From Candidatus Micrarchaeia archaeon (GTDB lineage: Archaea > Micrarchaeota > Micrarchaeia > CABMEP01): a stretch of 64,000 nucleotides of DNA. The translations under genes were made by a program, and so were the position numbers. The notes below the pieces were generated by a model, which was not told the DNA's origin, ran no database searches, and worked only from the letters and a program-made list of their open reading frames with translations. The DNA lies in assembly GCA_038881595.1 (NCBI GenBank), contig JAVZPM010000004.1, positions 1 to 64,000 on the forward strand, read 5' to 3'. Numbering within the stretch: position 1 is the first letter of the stretch; every line of letters starts with the position of its first letter. Below are positions 17,856 to 26,693 of this stretch, piece by piece.

Positions 17856-18584
17856 TTATGCACTCCAACTTTCATGAATAATTCTATTCTCTTCTATTCC
17901 TGCTGATTTTAATTGTTCCACCAGAGAACGGATCATTTCTGGTGGACCACATAGCATGAAATATTTGCCTTTATCAGCTATATCAACATATTTCTTTATC
18001 ATTTCCAAATTAATCCTTCCTTTTTCACCTTTCCATTTTTCCGATTGTTCTCTTGTGCAAGTGAATATTACTTTTATATTTTTATGAAGCTTTGATATCG
18101 ACTCTAATTCATCTTTATATAAAATGGAATCCATAGTTCTTGCAGAATAAAAATATGTTATATTTATAGGAAGATTCTTTTCTGCTACATATCTTATCAT
18201 GGATATAAAAGGGGTTATCCCACATCCACCACCGATCAAAACAACATCCTTCATTTTTTCTTCATCCAAGAAAAAGAATTTTCCAAATGGCCCTCCTATT
18301 TTTACAACATCTCCTACCTTTAGAGAAGCTACTCTTGGAGTGAATCTCCCTCCTTCTACTATCTTTATTGTAAGTTCAAGATATTCTTTATTTGTTGGAG
18401 AAGACGCTATGGAATAAGGTCTTGCAAGCAATGGTTCATTTTCCCTTTGTATATATAGATTTACAAATTGACCTGGTTTGAAATCCATATTAAATGGTTC
18501 AATAGGACTTAATCGCAATGTAACTACATCTGAAGTTTGATTAAATTTCTCTTTTACTATGAATTTTGCTATTTGTATTGGCAT
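17856..18584 (-). CDS. FAD/NAD(P)-binding ferredoxin-reductase-like oxidoreductase
   Basis: FKPGQF, RPYSIASSP, GPFG.F, GGGCGITP and CGPPEM motifs. Confidence 0.9.
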   Translation of the reverse strand: MPIQIAKFIVKEKFNQTSDVVTLRLSPIEPFNMDFKPGQFVNLYIQRENEPLLARPYSIASSPTNKEYLELTIKIVEGGRFTPRVASLKVGDVVKIGGPFGKFFFLDEEKMKDVVLIGGGCGITPFISMIRYVAEKNLPINITYFYSARTMDSILYKDELESISKLHKNIKVIFTCTREQSEKWKGEKGRINLEMIKKYVDIADKGKYFMLCGPPEMIRSLVEQLKSAGIEENRIIHESWSA

Positions 18585-18677
18585 TGACTCACCTTTAGTA
18601 ATAATATGAATGATAGATTTGTCAATTAAATTTATAAAATATAATTAAATAGCAGTGGTACTGAATTAAATATAAAA

Positions 18678-19211
18678 TTACAGATCGCTATAAATAGGTC
18701 CTTTTGGAGTAAGCTGGCTTTTCTTTAGCTTTATCATATCTTTTGTAATCATAAAGCTTCCGAAATCCTTCTCTTTGTGTTTTACAAGAAAGTCCTTAAA
18801 ATTTATCTTCTGTTTCACCCTAGCTAAAGTTAAGTGAGCTACAAATTTTTCATTTTTTTCCTTTTTGAAGCCGATTGCTGCCAATCGTTCTAATAGTATT
18901 TTTTCTATCTCTTCTAATTTTCCATTACTATCTCCACCTACCCAAATTACCCTTATGTAGTTTTCATTTGGAAAAACCCCTAAACCTCTGCATTTTATTT
19001 CGAATGCATCGAATTCTATATTTTTAATTGTGTCTTTTATCTTTTCAACTGCATTTTCATCTATCTCAGGAAAAAATTTGAGTGTAAAATGGAGATTCTC
19101 AGGTTCAACTATCTTTACTTCTTTTTTAAATCTAGTTTTAATTTCTTCCTGAAATTGAATCAGCCTTTCTTTAATTTCATTTGGAATTTCAATCGCAATG
19201 AACGCTCTCAC
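18678..19211 (-). CDS. thpR: RNA 2',3'-cyclic phosphodiesterase (2H family)
   Basis: MRAFIAI, HFTLKF, HLTLAR and S.LTPKGPIY motifs. Confidence 0.92.
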   Translation of the reverse strand: MRAFIAIEIPNEIKERLIQFQEEIKTRFKKEVKIVEPENLHFTLKFFPEIDENAVEKIKDTIKNIEFDAFEIKCRGLGVFPNENYIRVIWVGGDSNGKLEEIEKILLERLAAIGFKKEKNEKFVAHLTLARVKQKINFKDFLVKHKEKDFGSFMITKDMIKLKKSQLTPKGPIYSDL

Positions 19212-19282
19212 AAAATCACGAAAATAATTTTTTATAAATGATTATTGCTAATCAATAAAAAGTTTACCATAATATCTAAATT

Positions 19283-20254
19283 ATGAAAGGTATGATATTT
19301 AGCGAAGGAAATGGATACGGACATGTTGCAAGAGACTTCCCAATATCTGAATTGCTAGGCATACCTATAATGACATTTGGAATGGGGGCTGAATATCTTA
19401 AGATGAGAAAAAAGGAATTCATTGAAATTCCTTCCCCATACAAAATTGAGACGAAAGGAAAGACAAAAATAGTTGCAAACCTACGACAGATAATGCGATT
19501 TTTCAATCCATCCATTACTTCGGATATAATAAAGAGATTTCAAGAAGTAGATTTCGTAATAGTTGATGGCTCTCCTATAGGTTTAATACTCGCTAAAATT
19601 GCAGGAAAGAAAACGATAATGATTACAAATGATACTTCTTCTCTTGTCGGTGTTAACGGAATACAACGGCCAATAGCAAATGAACTAAATCAGTTGATTC
19701 TATCTTATCCAGAAAAGATACTGGTTCCAGATTTTCCTCCTCCTTTTACTGTTGCAAAATACAATCTAATGGAAAGCGAGAACATTAAAATGATAGGACC
19801 TCTTGTAGAAAATGTAAAGCAAATCAAGCACGACAAGGATTGTCTTGTGATAACTACAAATGAAATGATAGATAAGAAATTAAAAAAATACTTAGGAAAG
19901 AATGCAATATACAGTTCTGAAGTTGGAAATGTTAAGCCGTATTACGAGTCGTGTAAAATAGTAATATGCCATGGCGGCCATACTACAATTACAGAGGCAT
20001 TAAGTTATGGAAAACCAATAATTGCGATATATGATAAAAGTTATTCAGAAAGAAGCAACCATATCAAGTTCATAGAAGAAATGGGAATTGGATATGGAAT
20101 AGAAGAAAAAGCATTTGAAGCTGAATATCTTAGATTCCTGCCTGAAATCATAGATTCATTTGATAAAGGAAAACTGACGATATATAAGAAAATAAAGGAT
20201 AGATTAAATCCAATAAACGAAATAAGAAAATCAATTAACCAACTAAAATTATAA
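19283..20254 (+). CDS. GT-B glycosyltransferase (GT28/MJ1255-like)
   Basis: G.GYGHVAR N-terminal motif, PDFPPP, and CHGGHTTITEALSYGKP. Confidence 0.8.
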   Translation: MKGMIFSEGNGYGHVARDFPISELLGIPIMTFGMGAEYLKMRKKEFIEIPSPYKIETKGKTKIVANLRQIMRFFNPSITSDIIKRFQEVDFVIVDGSPIGLILAKIAGKKTIMITNDTSSLVGVNGIQRPIANELNQLILSYPEKILVPDFPPPFTVAKYNLMESENIKMIGPLVENVKQIKHDKDCLVITTNEMIDKKLKKYLGKNAIYSSEVGNVKPYYESCKIVICHGGHTTITEALSYGKPIIAIYDKSYSERSNHIKFIEEMGIGYGIEEKAFEAEYLRFLPEIIDSFDKGKLTIYKKIKDRLNPINEIRKSINQLKL

Positions 20255-20421
20255 GTAAAATTAATAATGATTATTAAAAATTATTAAATTTAGTAAAACA
20301 AGTGAAAAAGAATATTTATAAAATTAACAAATCAATAACACATAATACATTTTAATTATTGAAATATATGTTTCAAAAAATGTATATTTCTAAGAGGCAG
20401 AAATAGTGTGAGCGTGATTAA

Positions 20422-21438
20422 ATGGTAAAAGAGTATTCTACATCTGGAGTAAAAATTGCAATAGTTGGAGTTGGTGGTGGAGGTTGTAACACCATAAAAA
20501 GACTAATTGATTATGGATTGAAAGGACCTGAACTTATAGCAATAAATACTGATAGAATACACCTTGATACAATAAAATCACCGGCAAAGAGGATATTAAT
20601 CGGTCAATCAATAACAAGAGGTCTTGGTGCTGGAGGATATCCAGAAATAGCACAAAAATCTGCAGAGGCAAGCAAGCCAGATATAGAAGCTGCATTATCT
20701 GATATCGATCTTGTTTTCCTCGTAGCAGGTATGGGAGGAGGTACAGGTACAGGTGCTGCACCGGTTGTTGCAGATATTGCAAAGAAAAATGGTGCACTAG
20801 TTATTTCTATTGTAACTTACCCTTTCAGAATTGAAAGAGCAAGATTGCAAAAAGCAAAGGAAGGAATTGAAAATCTAAAGAAAGTAAGCGATACGCTTGT
20901 TATAATAGACAATCAAAAGTTACTTGATTATGTTCCAAATTTACCGATTGAGCAAACGTTTATGATTGCAGATGAAATAACTGCAAGAGCAGTAAGAGGA
21001 ATAAGCGAAACACTTCTTAATCCTTCTCTTATTAACCTTGACTTTGCTGATCTAACTACCATAATGACTGGTGGTGGAATATCTATGATTGCAGTAGGAG
21101 AAGGAAAAGGAATCAGCAAGGTTGAAGAGGTAGTAAAGAACACCCTTGATCACAGATTATTAGATGTAGATCCTAAGGGAGCAAAGGGAGTTCTTCTCCA
21201 TATAACTGGTGGACCAGATATGACATTGGGTGACGCAAACACAGTAGGAGAAATGATAACATCAGAAGTAGATCCATACGCAAATGTTATTTATGGAGCA
21301 AGAATGGACCGATCATATCTTGGAAGAATAGAGGTAATTGCAATATTTACAGGTCTTAAAGAAGGAGAGGCATTAAGAGCAATAGATGTAGAGACTAAAA
21401 AGAAAGAAGAGAAAAGATATGGCGATCTCTGGTACTAA
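20422..21438 (+). CDS. ftsZ: Cell division protein FtsZ
   Basis: GVGGGGCN, NTD, GMGGGTGTGAAP and LINLDFAD motifs. Confidence 0.97.
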   Translation: MVKEYSTSGVKIAIVGVGGGGCNTIKRLIDYGLKGPELIAINTDRIHLDTIKSPAKRILIGQSITRGLGAGGYPEIAQKSAEASKPDIEAALSDIDLVFLVAGMGGGTGTGAAPVVADIAKKNGALVISIVTYPFRIERARLQKAKEGIENLKKVSDTLVIIDNQKLLDYVPNLPIEQTFMIADEITARAVRGISETLLNPSLINLDFADLTTIMTGGGISMIAVGEGKGISKVEEVVKNTLDHRLLDVDPKGAKGVLLHITGGPDMTLGDANTVGEMITSEVDPYANVIYGARMDRSYLGRIEVIAIFTGLKEGEALRAIDVETKKKEEKRYGDLWY

Positions 21439-21460
21439 TTTTGAGTTTTAATTCTTTAAA

Positions 21461-22570
21461 TTATTTAATTTTTTTATTTTTACTTAATAAATCTTCAAAA
21501 ATGGATGGTTTTGATATTTCTAGCTCTTTACGAATCTCTTTGCTTTTTTCCATTTTTAAAAGTTGTTCTATTCTAGAAAATACAGTTTTCTCATTATAAG
21601 TCATGTCATTCATATCAATGTCAAATGCACGAAATATCTGCATTTTTCTTATAAAATCAACTCTTTTTTCTTCGTTTATCGATTTGTAAAACTGAATAAT
21701 TTCTGGCATTACATTCTTGTCTACATGTATTAAACAAGCTGCGGCCAAAGACTTAATATCTTCGTCTGGATTATTCTTGAGAATTGACATGAGAGTATTA
21801 ATCGCATTCCAATCTCCCTTAACTGCAAATACTCCAAGTGCGGGAATTGAATAATTAAACATAGGATCAAGGCCATTTGAATCAGATTCCAATCTTTTTA
21901 TTATGGATGGAACTGCTTCGCCTATCTTATGCATCTTTATAACTTCCATAATATTATTGTAATCGAATTCGTCTGCATACAAAACTAAGTTGGCAATCTT
22001 GTTTCTTACTTCTTTGCTAAGAATAATGTCTTCGTTTAGCAGTTCCGTAATCGCATTTGTTACATAATCTTTGTTGTTTGATGAAAGACATTTAGAAATT
22101 TCATTCATATAATATTTCTTTGAATTGTTACCTAATTTACAATCTAGTTCATTTAGTTCATTCTGTATTTTAGTGTTTGTTTCTTTTTTAGATTGAATAT
22201 TCAATGCATTGTTCATAATCTCTTTACTTTCATTCACTATTTTATTAACTGTAGAGTTTAATGGATTGCTTGAATTCCTATCAAAGTTACTGGTAGAATA
22301 GTTAATAACATGTTGTGATTGTTCTGAGGAGACAGATACTTGGTTGACAGAAACTAAATCAGTTGAAACTTCTTCAGCTTTTAAAGATTTGGAAACCAAA
22401 AAAATAGAAATCCCTATCGCAGTAGCAACCGCTGCTCTTTTCAATATTCTTTTGATTTTATCAGTTTTATAATTATCATCGGAAAGTATACGTTTTAAAT
22501 TTAGGTGATGTTCTGTCTTGTCTGGATCTATAACTTTTATTCTATTGTTTGGAATCTTATAATTTGCCAT
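21461..22570 (-). CDS. Secreted or membrane-anchored HEAT-repeat-like protein
   Basis: Long basic N-region, hydrophobic segment and SLKA/EE site. Helical repeats such as AINTLMSILKNNPDEDIKSLAAACL. Confidence 0.6.
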   Translation of the reverse strand: MANYKIPNNRIKVIDPDKTEHHLNLKRILSDDNYKTDKIKRILKRAAVATAIGISIFLVSKSLKAEEVSTDLVSVNQVSVSSEQSQHVINYSTSNFDRNSSNPLNSTVNKIVNESKEIMNNALNIQSKKETNTKIQNELNELDCKLGNNSKKYYMNEISKCLSSNNKDYVTNAITELLNEDIILSKEVRNKIANLVLYADEFDYNNIMEVIKMHKIGEAVPSIIKRLESDSNGLDPMFNYSIPALGVFAVKGDWNAINTLMSILKNNPDEDIKSLAAACLIHVDKNVMPEIIQFYKSINEEKRVDFIRKMQIFRAFDIDMNDMTYNEKTVFSRIEQLLKMEKSKEIRKELEISKPSIFEDLLSKNKKIK

Positions 22571-22682
22571 AATTATTAGACATTAAACCCATATATAAAT
22601 ATTTACTTTTTATCTATTTTTGTTAGAAGTACATATTTTAAAGAAGTAAAAATTTGCAATTCAGAAGTTTTTTAAAATTAGC

Positions 22683-23153
22683 ATGAGAAAGAAGCGCATG
22701 AAATGCCCATTTTGTGGATATAAAGATACTGATGTAGTAGATTCTAGAGATACAGACGAGGGTACTGTAATAAGACGAAGAAGAGAATGTCCTTCATGCA
22801 AAAAAAGATTCACAACGTATGAAAGACCTGAAGAGAGCATAATAGTTGTAATAAAAAGAGACGGAAAAAGAGAAAAATTTGATAAACAAAAACTAATAAA
22901 TAGCATAATAAAATCCGTAGGCAAAAGGCCTGTAAGCTATAATAAGATCGTAGAACTTGTAGAAGATATTGAAAGAGAACTTAGAACAAAGCAATCTGAA
23001 GAGGTTGAAAGTAAACACATCGGTGAAATGGTCCTAAAAAGACTTAGAAAGCTCGACGACATTGCATACATTAGATTTGCAGCAGTATATAAAGAATTTA
23101 AGACAATCGATGATGTCCTTAATGAAATAAAAATTCTAAAAGGAAAAAAGTAA
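22683..23153 (+). CDS. nrdR: Transcriptional repressor NrdR (start may be 22698)
   Basis: MKCPFCG...V.DSR...IRRRRECxxC..RFTTYE zinc ribbon, an ATP-cone (VIKRDG.REKFD) and AYIRFAAVY. Confidence 0.96.
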   Translation: MRKKRMKCPFCGYKDTDVVDSRDTDEGTVIRRRRECPSCKKRFTTYERPEESIIVVIKRDGKREKFDKQKLINSIIKSVGKRPVSYNKIVELVEDIERELRTKQSEEVESKHIGEMVLKRLRKLDDIAYIRFAAVYKEFKTIDDVLNEIKILKGKK

Positions 23154-23405
23154 ATAATCTACTATTTATAGATATGAATATTAGAGATCGGATTCATTAA
23201 GAATTACACTTCGTCTTAAAAGATAGAATTAATAGTGCAACATAATAAAAAGATAAATATTTTAGTTCAAAAAAATTTATAATACGCAAATGAACTTATT
23301 TTTTTTGCTGAAATTGCTTATTTTATCTTTTAAACAAATAAATGAACAAAAAAAGGCAGAATTTTTAAAATATGCATTGCGTAAATTTCGACGTGAAAGC
23401 AAAGA

Positions 23406-23484
23406 TTTATAAATAAACAAAAGTAAGAAATTTCAATCACTAAATGTTGATTATTAAAAAGTAAAATACCACTATATAATGTGT
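23406..23484 (+). promoter_or_regulatory. nrdJ promoter: TATA box plus tandem NrdR boxes
   Basis: TTTATAAA at 23406-23413. Boxes TCACTAAATGTTGATT (23437-23452) and CCACTATATAATGTGT (23469-23484) match the consensus acaCwAtATaTwGtgt and start 32 bp apart. Confidence 0.8.
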
Positions 23485-23550
23485 TCCAAAAAATAAAAGT
23501 TGAATAAGGTGGTATTCTAGTAATCAACATTTAAATTAGAAGAAATATAG

Positions 23551-26490
23551 TTGGACAGATGGTATAAATCACTAAAAATGAAAAGATGGGGTGTAATGAT
23601 GGCAAAGAAAGATATAGAACTTCCAGAATATAAGATACAAAGAGTGTTTACAAAAGAGGGAATACATCCATATGACATGATAATGTGGGAGAAAAGAGAT
23701 TCAGTAATCATGGATGCGAAGGGAAAGAAAATATTCGAACAAAAAGATGTAGAGGTTCCAGCTACCTGGTCTCAATCTGCAACGAATATCGCTGCTTCTA
23801 AATACTTTAGAGGAAAATTGGGCACTCCTGAAAGAGAGACAAGCGTTAAACAGATGGTAGATAGAGTAGTAAGAACAATAACAGAATGGGGAAAGAAGGA
23901 TGGATATTTTGCTTCTGCTGATGAGGCAAAAATATTTAGTGATGAATTAACATACATACTTGTAAATCAATACGCGGCATTCAATAGCCCGGTATGGTTT
24001 AACTTCGGGGTTGAGAAGAGACCTCAGGGGTCGGCGTGTTTTATCAATTCTGTAGAGGATGACATGAGATCTATCCTCCAGCTCGCAGTAACCGAAGGAA
24101 TGTTATTTAAGTATGGATCTGGTGCCGGAGTTAATCTCTCTGTACTTAGATCATCAAAAGAATATTTATCAAGTGGTGGAAAAGCATCTGGTCCAGTATC
24201 ATTTATGAAAGGATATGATGCATTTGCGGGAGTAATAAAATCTGGAGGAAAGACAAGAAGAGCTGCTAAGATGGTTATATTAAATGTAGATCATCCGGAC
24301 ATAAGAGAATTTATCTGGTGTAAGGCAAAGGAGGAAAGAAAGGCAAGGGATCTCATAAAGCTAGGTTATGATGGTTCACTTGATGGAGATGTATATGCTA
24401 ATATCTTCTTCCAGAATGCTAATAACTCTGTAAGAGTAACAGATGAATTCATGCAGGCAGTAAAGGAAGGAAAAGAATATTCAACAAAATATGTTTCAAC
24501 TGGAAAAGAATGTGAAAAACTGGATGCAAGAACTATAATGAAAGAGATTGCAGAAGCAACTTGGGAATGTGGAGATCCAGGCATACAGTTTGATACCACT
24601 ATCAACAAGTGGCATACTTGCAAGGCAAGCGGTAGGATAAATGCATCTAATCCATGCAGCGAATATATGTTTCTTGACAATTCTGCATGCAACCTAGCAT
24701 CAATAAATTTACTTAAATATCTTGATCCAGAAACTGGAAGATTTGACACTGAAAAATTCAAGCATACAGTTGCAATAATGATAACTGCACAAGAAATCAT
24801 AGTAGGCAATGCTGCATATCCTACACCTGAAATTGAAAGAAATTCTATCGACTTTAGACCTCTTGGTTTGGGCTATGCAAACCTGGGCGCTCTGCTTATG
24901 GCATGTGGACTTCCATATGATAGTGATGAAGGAAGAGCATATGCATCTGCAGTGAGTGCACTTATGACTGGATATGGATATTACATCTCAGCTATGCTTG
25001 CCAAAAGAATAGGACCATTCAACAAGTATGAAATGAACAAGGAGTCAATGTTAGAAGTAATAAAGATGCATCTTGATCATGCAGAAGGAATAAGTGAAAA
25101 AGTACCTCACTATTTGAGAAACGCTGCAATTGAAGCATGGAGACATGCGTTTGCAACTGGTTCTATGTACGGATATAGAAATGCACAGATATCTGCGATC
25201 GCACCTACGGGAACGATTGGATTCTTAATGGATTGTGATACAACAGGAATAGAACCAGATATTGCATTGATTAAATACAAATGGCTAGTTGGCGGGGGAA
25301 TGATGAAGATAGTAAATTCGACTGTTCCTATCGCACTTAAGAGATTGGGATATACAGAACAACAAATAAATGAAATAATGCAATATATAGATGATAAAGA
25401 GACTATAGAAGGTGCACCACACCTTAAGGAAGAGCATCTACCTGTATTTGATTGCGCATTCAAACCTGCAAATGGCAAAAGATTCATTCATTATCTTGGC
25501 CATATCAAAATGATGGCTGCTGTTCAGCCATTTATATCTGGTGCTATTTCAAAGACAGTTAACATGCCTAAGGAATCAACAGTGGAAGATATATACAACG
25601 CATATGTGATATCATGGGAACTTGGACTCAAGGCGATTGCAATATATAGAGATGGATCAAAGGGAGTCCAGCCTATCACGCTCACCAAAGAGGTGAAGGA
25701 GGTAGATAAGATCGAGGCGGCCAAGGTTGAAGTTAAAGAGGTTGTGAAGGAAGTGGTGGTAAACCGACCCACCAGGAGAAAGCTTCCTGACGAGAGGAGA
25801 TCAATTACCCATAAGTTCAGTATATCTGGGCATGAAGGATATATAACTGTGGGTCTGTATGAAAATGGGCAACCTGGAGAGATATTCATCACCATGTCCA
25901 AGGAAGGAAGTACCATCTCTGGATTGATGGATGCTTTTGCAACGTCTATATCAATTGCTCTCCAGTATGGAGTTCCTTTGAAGACCTTGGTTAAGAAGTT
26001 CGTTCACATGAGGTTCGAGCCATCTGGATACACTTCTCATCCAAACATAAGATTTGCTAAATCATTAATGGATTACATATTCAGATGGATGGCTTTGAAA
26101 TTCCTAAGCAGGGAGGAGCAGATAGAGGTTGGATTAAATCTTGAAACTGAAGGACCCATAACTTCATATATAAAAGAGGAAGAAATTCCAGAGACAATAG
26201 AAACTGTAAATCAAGTGCCTGCTGAAAACAGTGCAATAGGTTCCCCACCTGGGAATTCAACGCAGACAATAAGCAGCGATGCTGCAAATGGAGCTGCTGA
26301 GAAGTTGGTTGAAACAAAACCAGTTGTTGTGGCTCCTAGCGTTGCTATTGCAACTGAAAAGAAAAACAGCAAGGTTGCATTCCAAAACTCAGAAGATGCG
26401 CCAGCCTGTTCTTACTGCGGAGCAATAATGGTAAGAAATGGTGCATGCTACAAGTGCCTTAATTGCGGCGCAACAAGCGGATGCAGCTAA
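23551..26490 (+). CDS. nrdJ: Class II (adenosylcobalamin-dependent) ribonucleotide reductase with C-terminal TSCPD domain. Start is probably 23596 or 23599.
   Basis: FNSPVWFN, SACFI, NPCSE, APTGTI, SGAISKTVN and YRDGSK motifs, with a C-terminal CxxC...CxxCG..SGCS. Confidence 0.95.
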   Translation: MDRWYKSLKMKRWGVMMAKKDIELPEYKIQRVFTKEGIHPYDMIMWEKRDSVIMDAKGKKIFEQKDVEVPATWSQSATNIAASKYFRGKLGTPERETSVKQMVDRVVRTITEWGKKDGYFASADEAKIFSDELTYILVNQYAAFNSPVWFNFGVEKRPQGSACFINSVEDDMRSILQLAVTEGMLFKYGSGAGVNLSVLRSSKEYLSSGGKASGPVSFMKGYDAFAGVIKSGGKTRRAAKMVILNVDHPDIREFIWCKAKEERKARDLIKLGYDGSLDGDVYANIFFQNANNSVRVTDEFMQAVKEGKEYSTKYVSTGKECEKLDARTIMKEIAEATWECGDPGIQFDTTINKWHTCKASGRINASNPCSEYMFLDNSACNLASINLLKYLDPETGRFDTEKFKHTVAIMITAQEIIVGNAAYPTPEIERNSIDFRPLGLGYANLGALLMACGLPYDSDEGRAYASAVSALMTGYGYYISAMLAKRIGPFNKYEMNKESMLEVIKMHLDHAEGISEKVPHYLRNAAIEAWRHAFATGSMYGYRNAQISAIAPTGTIGFLMDCDTTGIEPDIALIKYKWLVGGGMMKIVNSTVPIALKRLGYTEQQINEIMQYIDDKETIEGAPHLKEEHLPVFDCAFKPANGKRFIHYLGHIKMMAAVQPFISGAISKTVNMPKESTVEDIYNAYVISWELGLKAIAIYRDGSKGVQPITLTKEVKEVDKIEAAKVEVKEVVKEVVVNRPTRRKLPDERRSITHKFSISGHEGYITVGLYENGQPGEIFITMSKEGSTISGLMDAFATSISIALQYGVPLKTLVKKFVHMRFEPSGYTSHPNIRFAKSLMDYIFRWMALKFLSREEQIEVGLNLETEGPITSYIKEEEIPETIETVNQVPAENSAIGSPPGNSTQTISSDAANGAAEKLVETKPVVVAPSVAIATEKKNSKVAFQNSEDAPACSYCGAIMVRNGACYKCLNCGATSGCS

Positions 26491-26498
26491 TACGATTG

Positions 26499-26546
26499 CT
26501 TTTTTCATATTTTTTTCATATTTTTTATTAATTTTCCTTTTTTTTC
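26499..26546 (+). terminator. Oligo(T) archaeal terminator of nrdJ
   Basis: Several T6-T8 runs, including a repeated TTTTTTCATA, right after the stop codon. Confidence 0.55.
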
Positions 26547-26693
26547 ATAAATATTATATCTATTTATAATCTTATTTTCTATTTTGCAATATTGTTTCTA
26601 AAGTAGTGCCACCCAGATATAAGTAGAGCAAATAAATCTTATTTTTTGGTTTGTCAAACACTTAGAATTTGGTTTGCCCATTGATATAGTTGT

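Noticed and set aside
23154..23400. Possible cobalamin riboswitch upstream of nrdJ
   Set aside because: The region is very AT-rich, lacks B12-box or GGGAA core motifs, and lies upstream of the predicted promoter.
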